The notes beneath the pieces are model-generated. The model was not told where the DNA came from, ran no database searches, and worked only from the letters and a program-made list of their open reading frames with translations. Made by a program: the position numbers and the translations under genes. From assembly GCF_009914755.1 (NCBI RefSeq), contig NC_060938.1: a DNA stretch of 64,000 nucleotides. One strand, given 5' to 3'. Of this stretch, positions 50,997-64,000 are shown in pieces. This stretch comes from the human T2T-CHM13v2.0 reference genome, Homo sapiens. Within the stretch, counting starts at the first letter, position 1. Each line of letters begins with the position of its first letter.

Positions 50997-51844
50997 GTTG
51001 AATAGATCAAGAATGCCAATAACATGTGCTGCCAACTTCACTCCTCATTCAATTTTAGTCTTCAGAAAAATGTAAGTTAACACTAGGCATTATTTACCAA
51101 CGAATACATTCATGACTATATTTTGTACTCTATGCAAAAGCAAATAGCGCAATAACTATAATATTTTACTTACATTTGTCCATAAAGCAAATATTTACTT
51201 TATTGTCAGTTACCTTGCTTGGTTCACACAGACCAAATATATTAAGCAAAATTGCTATTTTTTAGCAAAACCATTATTGTATCAGTGAAAGTAAACATTC
51301 TTATGGTGGTTTTTACTGTGTTGAAATAGAAACAACTTTTCTGAGTTATAGTAGGATCCGATTACAGACACCTCTAGCTGTCAGGGACCTCATGTGGTTT
51401 AGGGACTACTCTGGATTCTGAAGCCTGAATTTATGCCACAGAGGAGAGAGAAAGTCAGTGTAACCATAGTGTATATTATAAAATGCCTGTGCTGAGCTGA
51501 ACACTCCCATGTCAGAGCTGAGCATGTGTCCCAGACAGAGCCTAGACCTGTGTCCCAATCCAATTATCCTTATCATTATGGGGAATCCAACTGCCTCTAA
51601 CTTTTCATCACTCCTAGTCACCTAAGAGACCTACACAGGTTCATTTGCCAAGAATGTCAGAATTTTTATTTTCTGCTGATGGAAGTCAAATGTAGTCCCT
51701 ATCCATTCCATCTAAAACACTGGTGAGGTCAATATTAGAACAGTGGTGGTCAAGATATCTCTTGGCTCTAATTTCTATGGCCTGCATTTTGAAACTCTAA
51801 ACACTCAATATACGAAATTCACACGTGGTCTTAACTATCAGGGA

Positions 51845-52245
51845 AACATAGTGAAGCAGCCCTTCAGTTGGATTCACAGAGACCTGAGTGCTAATCCTGA
51901 CTGTGCCTTTCTTGTGTTATTTATAAAATTAGCTGCAAATTGACTTTGGTTCTCTGAGTTTTCACTATCAACAATCTCTGTTACTTCTTCTTCTCCACAG
52001 TTTGAATGCATTTGTCTAATAAAATGAATTAAGAGGAAGTTGCATGGGAGGTAAGGGAGGAGGGGGTAAGAACTATTGAGTATCTGCCATACCACACACA
52101 GTGCCTGTCTACAAGCTGTTTTATACCATGGTAACCTTATAAGGTAGATGCGCTTATCCCCACTTATGGAAAAGAAAACTGAGTATTAAAGGAGCCTAAG
52201 TGTAAAAAGCTAACAAATAGTCCCAGGGCTATGTGACTCTGAATC
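51845..52245. mobile_element. Two MIR fragments in opposite orientation (+ ~51845-51970; - ~52070-52245)
   Basis: agacctgagtgctaatcctgactgtgcc; aactattgagtatctgcc..aaccttataaggtag..atccccactta..gaaactgag. Confidence 0.65.
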
Positions 52246-52782
52246 ATTATTTTTTTTTTTACAATACAAATTTGAAAATGAATTAAGTAAATGGTCATAA
52301 TAATTTGTATTTCAATTTTATGATCAAAGATAAGAATTACTATGATTTAGAATTTCTGATCAGCATGTGATAATAAATTCTGTGGTGAGAAGGAGGCCTG
52401 AATGATTGCACGTGCTATAAAACACCCTTGGTAGTTCTCGAATTATTGAAGAGGGTAAAAAGAAACGACCTAAAGGAAAGAAGGTGGTGTCACAGATGAG
52501 GCTGGTTAAAGAGAACACCTATTACAAACGGAGGGCTTCTAAGTTTTGAGTGTGAAGGAGAGACCAATAGCATGATCTGATTTGTACTTCAGAGAAGATG
52601 CTGGAAACCAAAAGGTCAATAATTAGTCTTCCAACAGATAGTGCAGGAGATAATGAGATTTTCAATAAATTCAAGTGATTAGCCTACACATACTTATCTT
52701 GGGAGAAATATACTCATTTAGTTAGGTTTTTGAAACACTGAAAGAGCTTATAGTGGGGAAATTGGCTAACACCCTTTTTAAT

Positions 52783-53271
<489 letters not shown>

Positions 53272-53361
53272 TCACATTGTATACCAAATTGATCACAATT
53301 CCAAAGTGATTATGATCATAACTTCAAAATATGCAATAATACCTGGGAGAAAATACATACT

Positions 53362-53734
<373 letters not shown>

Positions 53735-54955
53735 TCACACAAAAAGCAAACACTATAAAAGAGAAAAAGAAAGTTATAATAATACATCTATTTGTTGAAA
53801 CTTTGGTATGTTTAAATGCAAACAACTTACTAGAAAAATAAAAAATCTGGTTTCTCGCCACAAACCTGAAATACATGTGCTATTTCAGGATCTACCATAG
53901 GCAATCCCAAAAACTTCCCTGGCCGGACTCATAGAGGAAAATGGTCGCCCCTACACCAGACTTCGTAGACAGCCAACACACTTGCAGTCTCTGAAGGGCG
54001 TTTCAGTCAAGAAGTTAGGCCCCCGGGACAGCCGTGTTCCTACTGGACATTCTGGAGAGGCAGAAGGGTCACCTAGAGGGGCCCAAGTCAATCATCATCC
54101 AAACACAATTAAAATGCAAATGGCAAATATGCTATGGAGGAGGTTTCTTTAAATTTATATTTTGACGGGCTATGGGTCAGAGTGTTTCCAACGGAGTTTC
54201 TCTCCAAGGGAGTCTTCACCTAAGGAACTTGAAGTTTTGAAGACATTCCCTAGTAAACAAGCGGAAGAGAAGAGGAAAGATCAGGCCAGGCAATTGGCAG
54301 ATCAGGAATAGAGTACTGCAGTGGAAGAGAGCAGGGAGAAGGCCACTGGAGAGTCAGCTGATGTTCTAGAGCACAGGTAGGAAGGGTGAGTGGATCTGTA
54401 AGTGCAATATGGTGCTATGGAGGTGGGTAGTGGCCACATTGTAGAGCTGAAAGGGATACAATATGATATGTCCAGAAAGTCTACATAGTAAACATCTCAA
54501 CATTTCCTAGCAGGTAAAAAAATTAGGGTCAGTTTTGAGTGACCATTTGAGATACCTATATTCCAAAGACCACAAAAGGTGAAGGAGTTAGATCTACATG
54601 CATTTTCCATAACACATTGTAGACTTCTCTTGCTCTGAGTCAAAAATCCAAATGTCAAAATGTGGTCAATTTACTGTATAATCAAGTTTTAAGTTGTAGC
54701 TTATTATGCAAAGGTAGATCAGTTTGCATCAATTCCGCTCAGAAAAATCGATTGCTGATTCCCCAGCAATCGAAGGATAAAACTCTTCTTTATTTTGTTT
54801 CAGTTCAGTGCCCCCTTACTGCTCTTGAATCATCTTCCATCCCGCTTAATACACTCCCACAAAACTAACCGAAGCTCTTCTAGTGGGCCAGCCTTTCCTT
54901 TTAGGGCACTGAGCTTTTGTTCATGTCTTCCTTTCACCTCCAAAGAAATACTTAG

Positions 54956-55370
<415 letters not shown>

Positions 55371-56624
55371 GTATTATAATTTTTAAAAAATTTTCTCACT
55401 CCGCAAATCTGTGATGGCATGAGGAAAAATATGTATTTCTGTATTTATTTCAGTAACCATGCTTATCATGATGCCTGCCACATATTCTAAATGAATGAAG
55501 CATATCTGTGCATATAATAAAAATATGTTCCTTGTAGTGGTCAATTCAATGAATTCCTGTTAGAATACTATAGGAAGCAGAGAAGTTCTGATTCATGATG
55601 TCCTGTGAGTTGTCTTTTAAGGACTACATCTAAGTCTATTTCAACAATTTTATTCTTAAACTCAATCATACATTTTGTTTTTTAGCAATTCCCTTTGTTT
55701 ATTTTTGTGGCCATTGTGTTTTTATGTACATCGTCAGACTTAAGCTTCTTGAGGAAAAGACCACGATTGCCTCATCTTTGCCCTCTCAGGTAGAACCAAT
55801 CATAGAATCTCACACACCGTTGAAGCTCTTTAGTTATTTATTTCTTTTGAAAAACAATAAGACGGTTTTAAGTGTGGGTTCTATCTCTGACATTTTACCA
55901 AATTATTCTCATATCTCTTGCTTATAGGATTGACTCTCCACATAAGAGCACGTTCTCTTCCTATTCCCACAGTCAAGCTGAAGTGGAAATTTAACTCTGA
56001 TTTCGATCTTGACATCCCTGCTTTGGCTGTTCTTAATAAATGCAGTGGTTATTTCTAAGCCAGTTGTTGTAATTATATTTTTGTTGGCTTTCTTTATTAT
56101 ATTTCTTCTCCAGATGGTCCACAATTTAGGTTTTTGGCTTCCCTCCTGATATCAAACTATAGGAATATTACACCATCTTCTTTTAAAAACAAATCTCAAT
56201 TGGTTTCTTATTTGCCAATGGCTAGAACTTGAAAAGTTCTTCTCCTGGGGCGCTTCATATCTCAATGATTTCATTATGGAAGAGAATCCCGTGGGAGATC
56301 ATGTTTTTTATTTCAGTCTGAACAACGTTCTGGCAAAACTCTGATACCATGGATTAGAATTTGACATCCTTACTTTTATATAAAACATATAAAAACATTC
56401 TCCACTGGAAATTCTGCTGAATTGAGACTCATGAACTACCTGACTCATGACATTAACTGGAAAACAAGGCCATTCTTTATAAAACAAGAAAGAATAATGA
56501 TATGCGGTATGAGGCTTTGAAGAGTTTGCAGCTGAAATATAAAGGCATTTTGAGTGCATACCTACGTTTTAAAAACATCTACGTCCATGTGCATTTGTTT
56601 AGCACAAAGAAGGTCGTGCATGTG

Positions 56625-56790
56625 TATCAATTCTCTGTGCTTCAGCTTCGTTTTCTTTTAAAACAGAAATAATAATGGTACTCATCTCATTTTTCCCCCG
56701 AGAATGAAATGAGTTAATGCATGTAAAGCATTTTTATTTTTGCTTCATCAAAATAAAGCTCAGTTAACGTTAGCTATTATAATTGTTAGC
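56625..56790 (+). mobile_element. MIR fragment
   Basis: tctctgtgcttcagcttc..taaaacagaaataataatggtac..gagaatgaaatgagttaatgcatgtaaagca..gttagctattat. Confidence 0.85.
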
Positions 56791-57481
56791 AGTAGTTGTA
56801 GTAGTATATATTTGCATTTGATATACTGTGCTATTAACTATGTTTTCATTAAATGCTAGGTATAGACGCAACAGTGTTTATATGTAATTAGTGGGATTTG
56901 CCTTTGGCTATTGTCTTTCCACCTCTCTTTTAAAGAAAATGAATAGTAAGAACCAAAATGGCATGCAGTTTTTCACAGGGTCAGCTAATTTTACTTAGTC
57001 CATGAACAGCAATGTTTCAGGTTTAAACACTACATTTCAAACCCTAACAATTTAACAGTGAAGGAATAGCTGGAAAATTAATGAACTTTTCTAAAAGAAA
57101 AAAAAGTAAGCAAGAAAGTGCATGAAAAAAATCTGGGATAAGGATTTCTTGTTACTGTTAATAACATCTTGACATTTCATAATTTCACTTCAGAACTATT
57201 TGTCTTCATGGCTAGAGACAACTTTCAGTCATTTGAAGAGATGATTCGGTCTCATTTTGTGTAACATAATCTACCGTAGGTGACTATAATAGTGACTATG
57301 AAGCATCCAAGCAGTCATATTTACCAGTAAACATCTGGCCACTACCATAGTGCCTGGCCCATTTAATGAGCTGGTATTCAGTCAATACTTGTGGAATGCA
57401 AGAGTAAAGGAGTGAATGCAAAAATAAATAAATAGCATATCTCTAACTGTTTACACATTTCACAAATTTGAAAGGTTAACC

Positions 57482-57656
57482 ATGTAGTTCTGCACCTTAA
57501 CTAAATCAACTTGAGAACTTAAAAAAAAAAAATCCCGACAATTTTTGCTCCAGAACAGTTAAATCAGGATCTCTTGCTTGTGGGATCTAGGCATCAGCAT
57601 CATTTTAGATCTTTCTAGGTGTTTTCTCTAGGCAACTAATGTTGACTAACCACTGG
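57482..57656. mobile_element. MER5A/B hAT-Charlie MITE
   Basis: aatcaacttgagaacttaaaaa..ccagaacagttaaatcaggatctc..ggcatcagcat..ctaggtg..aaccactg. Confidence 0.75.
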
Positions 57657-57752
57657 CCTGGACCAAAACTAGTGAAGCATAGTCAATGTGACCCAAAAGA
57701 ATGACTGATGTATGTTGAGCTTGGCACTTTAGACCTCTAGGCCATCTGACAG

Positions 57753-58103
57753 ACATATATACAATGGAATACAATTCAGCCTTCACAAAAAAGGAAATCC
57801 TGCCATTTGTGACACCATGGATAAACCTGGAGGACATTATGCTGAGTGAAATAACCCAGACACAGAAAGACTAATACTGTATGATGTCACTTATACATGG
57901 ATTCTAAAAAGTCAAACTCACAGAAACAAAGACTAGAAGAATGATGTTTGCCTGGGGCTGGGGAGTGGGGGAAATGGGGAGATGGTGATGAAAGGATAAA
58001 GGATATACAATTTCAGTTATAAGATGAATTAGTTTTGAGAATCTAAGGCACAGCATGGGTGGTGATGGATATGTTAATTAATTTAGTTGAGATAATAATT
58101 AAG

Positions 58104-58138
<35 letters not shown>

Positions 58139-58204
58139 AACATATATATCAAATCATCATGTTGTATGCCTTGAATATTTATGGTCTTTATTTGCCAAAA
58201 AAAA
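57753..58204 (+). mobile_element. L1MA (9/10-like) 3' end containing (TA)n at 58106-58134
   Basis: tacaatggaatac..aaggaaatcctgccatttgtgacaccatggataaacctggaggacattatgctgagtgaaata..ttcagttataagatgaa. Confidence 0.9.
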
Positions 58205-58777
58205 GAAAAAGAATGAGGCAAAGAAATAAAAGCTTGCCCCATGTGTCAACATTATTGCTGATGAATTTGGTTTCAAATTATTTTACAAAGTATATTTATA
58301 TCTAAATACCCAAATCCTCAACCTCCATATTTTAGGAATAATGATTACTTAAAGCCATATATTTAAAATGTACTCACTGCAGTAGGGCAATCCTCACACC
58401 ACTGAAGCAATAGTTTGCCATTCTCACTGATGCGTGAAACCCTGCTCTGTGCTCCTCTTTGTATTCAAAGGGAGCTTAGCTTATGGTTTTCAACACCTGT
58501 TGGCTTAAGGGGCCATGCTTTGTTTTCTGTGGCATTTTCTAGTCTAAAAAATTTAACAATAATAGTAAAAGCAAACAGAAGTAGACAAATCTACTTCTGA
58601 CCAGAAGTCAATTTGCCACCACCTGCTGTCCCTTTCTAGGTGAAGAGATTAACTTGCTTCTCATTCTTAACATCCCTGTCTTGTCCATATTTTCTAATTC
58701 CTATTCTGAGAAAAGAAATGCAGCATATTGCTGAGTTAGCTCAGTAAGGCTTTGGGGTTTAGGCCACATGGCTGCTT

Positions 58778-59370
58778 CTTTCGTTAATTCAAGAAATATT
58801 TACTGAGCCTCATTATGCTACAAACTCTTTCAGGCTCTGGGAATAGAGTAATAAATAAAACAAGCAAAAAACCAAAATCCCCTGCCCTGTGGAGCTTACA
58901 TTCTGGTGGGAGAGAAGGACAATCATGAAGGTGAATTATTATGACACATAATATTCAAGATAGTGAAATGAGCCAAAGAGAAAAATATAGCAGAGCAAGG
59001 AGATAAAAAGTATTAGTGGGTGTATGGGGGAATGTCCCTGAAATTTGATGGAGGACAGCTAAGTAAGTCTTCACTGAGGAAAACGGTATTGTAGTGAAAC
59101 TCTGAATGAAATTGGGAGACAATTTATGTAGATATCTGAGGAGTGACCATTCCTGGCCGTGGCAATAGCAGGTGCAAATGCCCTCGGGTGAGAGTATGCT
59201 GGAATTTTCAGAAACATAAGAAAATCAACGTAGCTGGAGCAGTCAGTAAGAAAAAGATTACTAGGAGATATGTCAGAGGAATAGCAGTGGGAGAGCAGCT
59301 CATGTCATCTTTATAAATAGGACTGTGGTTTCTACTATGGGGAAGACTGGAAGTCCCCAGAAGTTTGGGT
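58778..59370 (-). mobile_element. L2a fragment
   Basis: ttaattcaagaaatatttactgagcct..aatcccctgccctgtggagcttacattct..gcaaatgccctcggg. Confidence 0.9.
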
Positions 59371-59384
59371 GTGTGTATAGTTTT

Positions 59385-59835
59385 CCTCTTAGGAAAACCA
59401 TTATTCTAACTTTTAACACCACAGTTTAGTTTTGCCTATGTTTAAATTACCTGGGACATGCTTTTTTTTTTCTTTTGGATCTGGCCTCTTGTGCTCAATG
59501 TTAGGTCTTTAAAATCTGCCTGTAATATACATGTAGTTCATATACATATACATGTAGTTCATACATTGTAGTTCATTCATTAGCATTAGCATGTAGTATT
59601 CTATTGAATAGATAGGACATTATTTTTGTATCCATTCTACTAATTAAAAATATTTGAGTAGATTTAAGGGCATATTGAGAGTATACAATGTTATGTACAT
59701 TCTTGCTCATATTGAGACTATACAATATTATGTACAGTGTTTTAGTGAACACATTTCCATGGGATATATTTACTAAGAATATTCCTAGAATTTTGGGTTC
59801 ATAGGTCTGTATATAACCAGTTTTAGTAATGGATA
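59385..59835 (-). mobile_element. L1ME-type 3' relic nested in L2
   Basis: aaccattattctaactttta..tagttttgccta..tgtagttcattcat..gtagtattctattgaata..tatccattctact. Confidence 0.7.
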
Positions 59836-60333
59836 CATTTTAGTGGTTTGGCATTGTCAACCAAATGCCCGGGAAGCCCCAAAGCTGAGCAATAAGTATG
59901 GGCAGGTTGGCAGGAAACAGAGATGGAGAGAGTGACTGTCATGTTAAGGAGCCAAGTTGGTCTGATTTATAGTAATCAATGCCCAAAGAAAAGTTTTAAG
60001 AGGTAAATGACATAATCGGGATTACTGTTGGAAGGATCATTCTGTAAGTGATATGAAGAAAGATTTGAAATAAACAACCAGTTAAAACACAGCTGTAGTT
60101 GTCTAGAGAAGAAAAGATAAGAGTCCGATCTATAGCAGTTGAAATAGAGACAAGGAGGAGGCAACACTTTTGAGAAAAACTTAGGAGGTGAAATACAAGT
60201 CTTAGCAATGGATGGATGTTGAGGCAGGTGAGTAGAGAATGTGGTCAAGATTCCCAGCACTTTAGCTTGGGCTGCTACATAGGTTCAATGGCTCAAAACA
60301 GAGACAGACTGTAGAAGAGGAAATATCATTTCA

Positions 60334-60924
<591 letters not shown>

Positions 60925-61412
60925 CTAACTATAGAACTATAGAGGGAGATTTACAAATCATCAGTGTAAATTTGTTTCAGAAACCATGAGGGTGCGGAAG
61001 TGACTTGAAAAGAGTTGGCAGAGTGAGAGGAGCCATAGGCTAAGTGTAGAAATCTAAGGAACCACCACATTTACAGGGTGGGCAGGGGAGGAGTTTCACA
61101 CAAAGACACAGAGGGCTGGTGGGGGTGGAGGTAAGAAAGTTGAGAGCTTTAAAGAAACAAACGTACTGATAAATGAAGCAGAGAATAAATCCGTGTAAGA
61201 GTATGGCTGAAAAATAGCCACTGCATTAGACAGCTTGGATGCTGTTGCTGACTTTAGTGACTCAAGTACTTTGCTGCAGTTTTAGGAGCAGAAGCCAATT
61301 AAAGGTCGAAAGGGAGGACATGATTAAGTAGAATGGAATAGTCTTTCAGATAGTTTGCAGAAAAAAGATTGATAAATGCAGAGGTGTAACTAGAAGGGGA
61401 TAAGGAATGTAG

Positions 61413-61555
61413 TTTTTTGTTGTTGTTGTTTTTTTTTTTTTTTTTTGTAGAGATGGGTTCTCTCTATGTTGTCCAGGCTGGTCTCAAACTCCTGGACTCA
61501 AGTGATCTTCCCACCTTGGCCTCCGAAAGTGCCTGGATTACAGGTGTGAGCTACA
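61413..61555 (-). mobile_element. FLAM_C / AluJ left monomer
   Basis: T-rich tail then gtagagatgggttctctctatgttgtccaggctggtctcaaactcctggactcaagtgatc. Confidence 0.9.
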
Positions 61556-61879
61556 AGTTTTATTATTCTTTATCCTTCTATTTTAAACTTAGCATCAGGG
61601 AATATGAGGGTGTTTCAGAAAATGAACGGAAGGCATGAATCGGAATTGTGTGAGAAACTAAAATTACAGGAAAGTTAATTGGAAAGGCTGAAGAAATAGT
61701 CATCAAATGCTGTGACTGTGGTCATTGTTATCAGTACCCAGATCTTTCTTTCCATCATGGTCCTCACCATTTTCTTTTTACATGAGGCCAACTTCACTCA
61801 TGAACATTACCTGTCTAGGACCCTGTAAGAATTTGAATTTGCTACTTTTCTCCAAATCATGTTACAAAGCATAATGATA

Positions 61880-62137
61880 ATAATATGGACAACACATAAA
61901 ATCAATTGAGTACATCCTATGGCCCACTGTGTACATGTTTTCTACATTGTCTATAATTGGGAAACAACTATTCAAGTCAGAAAGGATTTACCCAACTTAC
62001 AGACTGGAAACTGAGGCTCAGAGTGGTGTAAATAAATTGTCTTAGGCAACACTGAATAAATAGCTGTATGAGGATTTAAACCTAGCTCTGTCTGAACCCC
62101 AAGTCTATATTCTTTACACTAGATCAGGCTGACTCCC
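61880..62137 (-). mobile_element. MIR SINE
   Basis: attgagtacatcctatg..ttacagactggaaactgaggctcagag..ggatttaaacctagctctgtctga. Confidence 0.85.
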
Positions 62138-62208
62138 ATAATATTTATATTTAAATTTGCATGTTATCTAAATAAAGATCTGAGAGTGACCAGTCCCTTT
62201 CTGAGCTG

Positions 62209-62891
62209 TTTTTTTTTTTTCCTTTTTCAAATTTTATTTTACTTTAAGTTTTAGGGTACATGTGCACAACGTGCAGGTTTGTTACATATGTATACATGTG
62301 CCATGGTGATGTGCTGCACCCATTAACTCGTCATTTAGCATTAGGTATATCTCCTAATGCTATCCCTCCCCCCTACCCCCACCCCACAACAGTCCCCAGT
62401 GTGTGATGTTCCCCTTCTTGTGTCCATGTGTTCTCATTGTTCCATTCCCACCTATGAGTGAGAACATATGGTGTTTAGTTTTTTGTCCTTGCGATAGTTT
62501 GCTGAGAATGATGGTTTCCAGCTGCATCCATGTCCCTACAAAGGACATGAACTCATCCTTTTTTATGGCTGCATAGTATTCCATGGTGTATATGTGCCAC
62601 ATTTTCTTAACCCAGTCTATCGTTGTTGGACATTTAGGTTGGTTCCATGTCTTAGCTATTGTGAATAATGCTGCAATAAACATACGTGTGCATGTGACTT
62701 TATAGCAGCATGATTTATAATCCTTTGGGTATATACCCAGTAATGGGATGGCTGGGTCAAATGGTATTTCTAGTTCCAGATCCCTGAGGAATCGCCACAC
62801 TGACTTCTACAATGGTTGAACTAGTTCACAGTCCCACCAACAGTGTAAAAGTGTTCCTATTTCTCCACATCCTCTCCAGCACCCGTTTCCT

Positions 62892-62894
<3 letters not shown>
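62209..62894 (-). mobile_element. Young L1PA (PA3-PA5-like) 3' part, interrupted by SVA
   Basis: actttaagttttagggtacatgtgcacaacgtgcagg..; ORF2 C-terminus [34 protein letters not shown]. Confidence 0.97.
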
Positions 62895-62922
<28 letters not shown>

Positions 62923-64000
62923 ATTGATCATTCTTGGATGTTTCTCGCAGAGGGGGATTTGGCAGGGTCATAGGACAATAGTGGAGGGAAGGTCAGCAGA
63001 TAAACAAGTGAACAAAGGTCTCTGGTTTTCCTAGGCAGAGGACCCTGCAGCCTTCCGCAGTGTTTGTGTCCCTGGGTACTTGAGATTAGGGAGTGGTGAT
63101 GACTCTTAAGGAGCATGCTGCCTTCAAGCATCTGTTTAACAAAGCACATCTTGCACCGCCCTTAATCCATTTAACCCTGAGTGGACACAGCACATGTTTC
63201 AGAGAGCACAGGGTTGTGGGTAAGGTCACAGATCAACAGGATCCCAAGGCAGAATAATTTTTTTTAGTACAGAACAAAATGAAAAGTCTCCCATGTCTAC
63301 CTCTTTCTACACAGACATGGCAACCATCCGATTTCTCAATCTTTTCCCCACCTTTCCCCACTTTCTATTCCACAAAACCGCCATTGTCATCATGGCCCGT
63401 TCTCAATGAGCTGTTGGGTACACCTCCCAGACGGGTTGGTGGCCGGGCAGAGGGGCTCCTCACTTCCCAGTAGGGGCGGCCGGGCAGAGGCGCCCCTAAC
63501 CTCCCGGACGGGGCGGCTGGTCTGGCGGGGGGGCTGACCCCCCCACCTCCCTCCCGGACGGGGTGGCTGCCAGGCGGAGACGCTCCTCACTTCCCAGACA
63601 GGGTGGCTGCTGGGCAGAGGGGCTCCTCACTTCTCAGATGGGGCGGCTGCCGGGCGGAGGGGCTCCTCACTTCTCAGATGGGGCGGCTGCCGGGCGGAGG
63701 GGCTCCTCACTTCTCAGATGGGGCGGCTGCCGGGCGGAGGGTCTCCTCACTTCTCAGACGGGGCGGCCGGGCAGAGACGCTCCTCACCTCCCAGACGGGG
63801 TCGCGGCCGGGTAGAGGCGCTCCTCACATCCCAGACGGGGCGGCGGGGCAGAGGCGCTCCCCACATTTCAGACGATGGGCGGCCGGGCAGAGACACTCCT
63901 CACTTCCTAGATGGGATGGCGGCCGGGAAGAGGCGCTCCTCACTTTCCAGACTGGGCAGCCAGGCAGAGGGGCTCCTCACGTCCCAGACGATGGGCGGCC
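62895..64000 (-). mobile_element. SVA retrotransposon (SVA_D or _C-like), continues past the window end
   Basis: T28 tail 62895-62922 with antisense AATAAA; SINE-R ~62923-63420 (tgtttaacaaagcacatcttgc); GC-rich VNTR ctcctcacttcccagacgggg from ~63421. Confidence 0.98.

Noticed and set aside
54066-54086. CTCF-like motif cacctagaggggccc
   Set aside because: Mismatches at core positions; not supportable without a PWM scan or ChIP data.
63421-64000. CpG island / gene promoter
   Set aside because: It is the SVA VNTR.

Overview
AT-rich, repeat-dense hominid nuclear DNA. The SVA_C/D-like element implies human or great ape. The window looks intronic or intergenic: I recognise no protein-coding gene, tRNA/rRNA or CRISPR array, and nearly all listed ORFs come from L1, Alu, LTR, SVA, Tigger or microsatellite sequence. 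Main elements are an old L1M (4.2-10 kb), an ERV1-type solo LTR with an expanded internal array (11724-12285), MER82, a near-full-length Tigger1 (22751-25291), a one-ended MER75 piggyBac relic, a near-full-length L1PB1-like element with TSD (37404-42998), nine Alu/FLAM pieces, many MIR/L2/MLT1 relics, and an SVA inserted into an L1PA at the right edge. The most unusual signal is a set of short dispersed direct duplications whose apparent donors lie 1.8-3.7 kb downstream (9253/11056, 47126/50864, possibly 24100/26106). One sits inside a nest of perfect palindromes. There are also several inverted and tandem scars. Together these look like fossil templated-insertion repair events. Two minus-strand exon-like segments (26441-26622, 15825-15892) may belong to an unannotated or non-coding transcript. 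I cannot support a genuinely new biological system. Subfamily names come from recalled consensus features, were not checked by search, and boundaries of old repeats are approximate.
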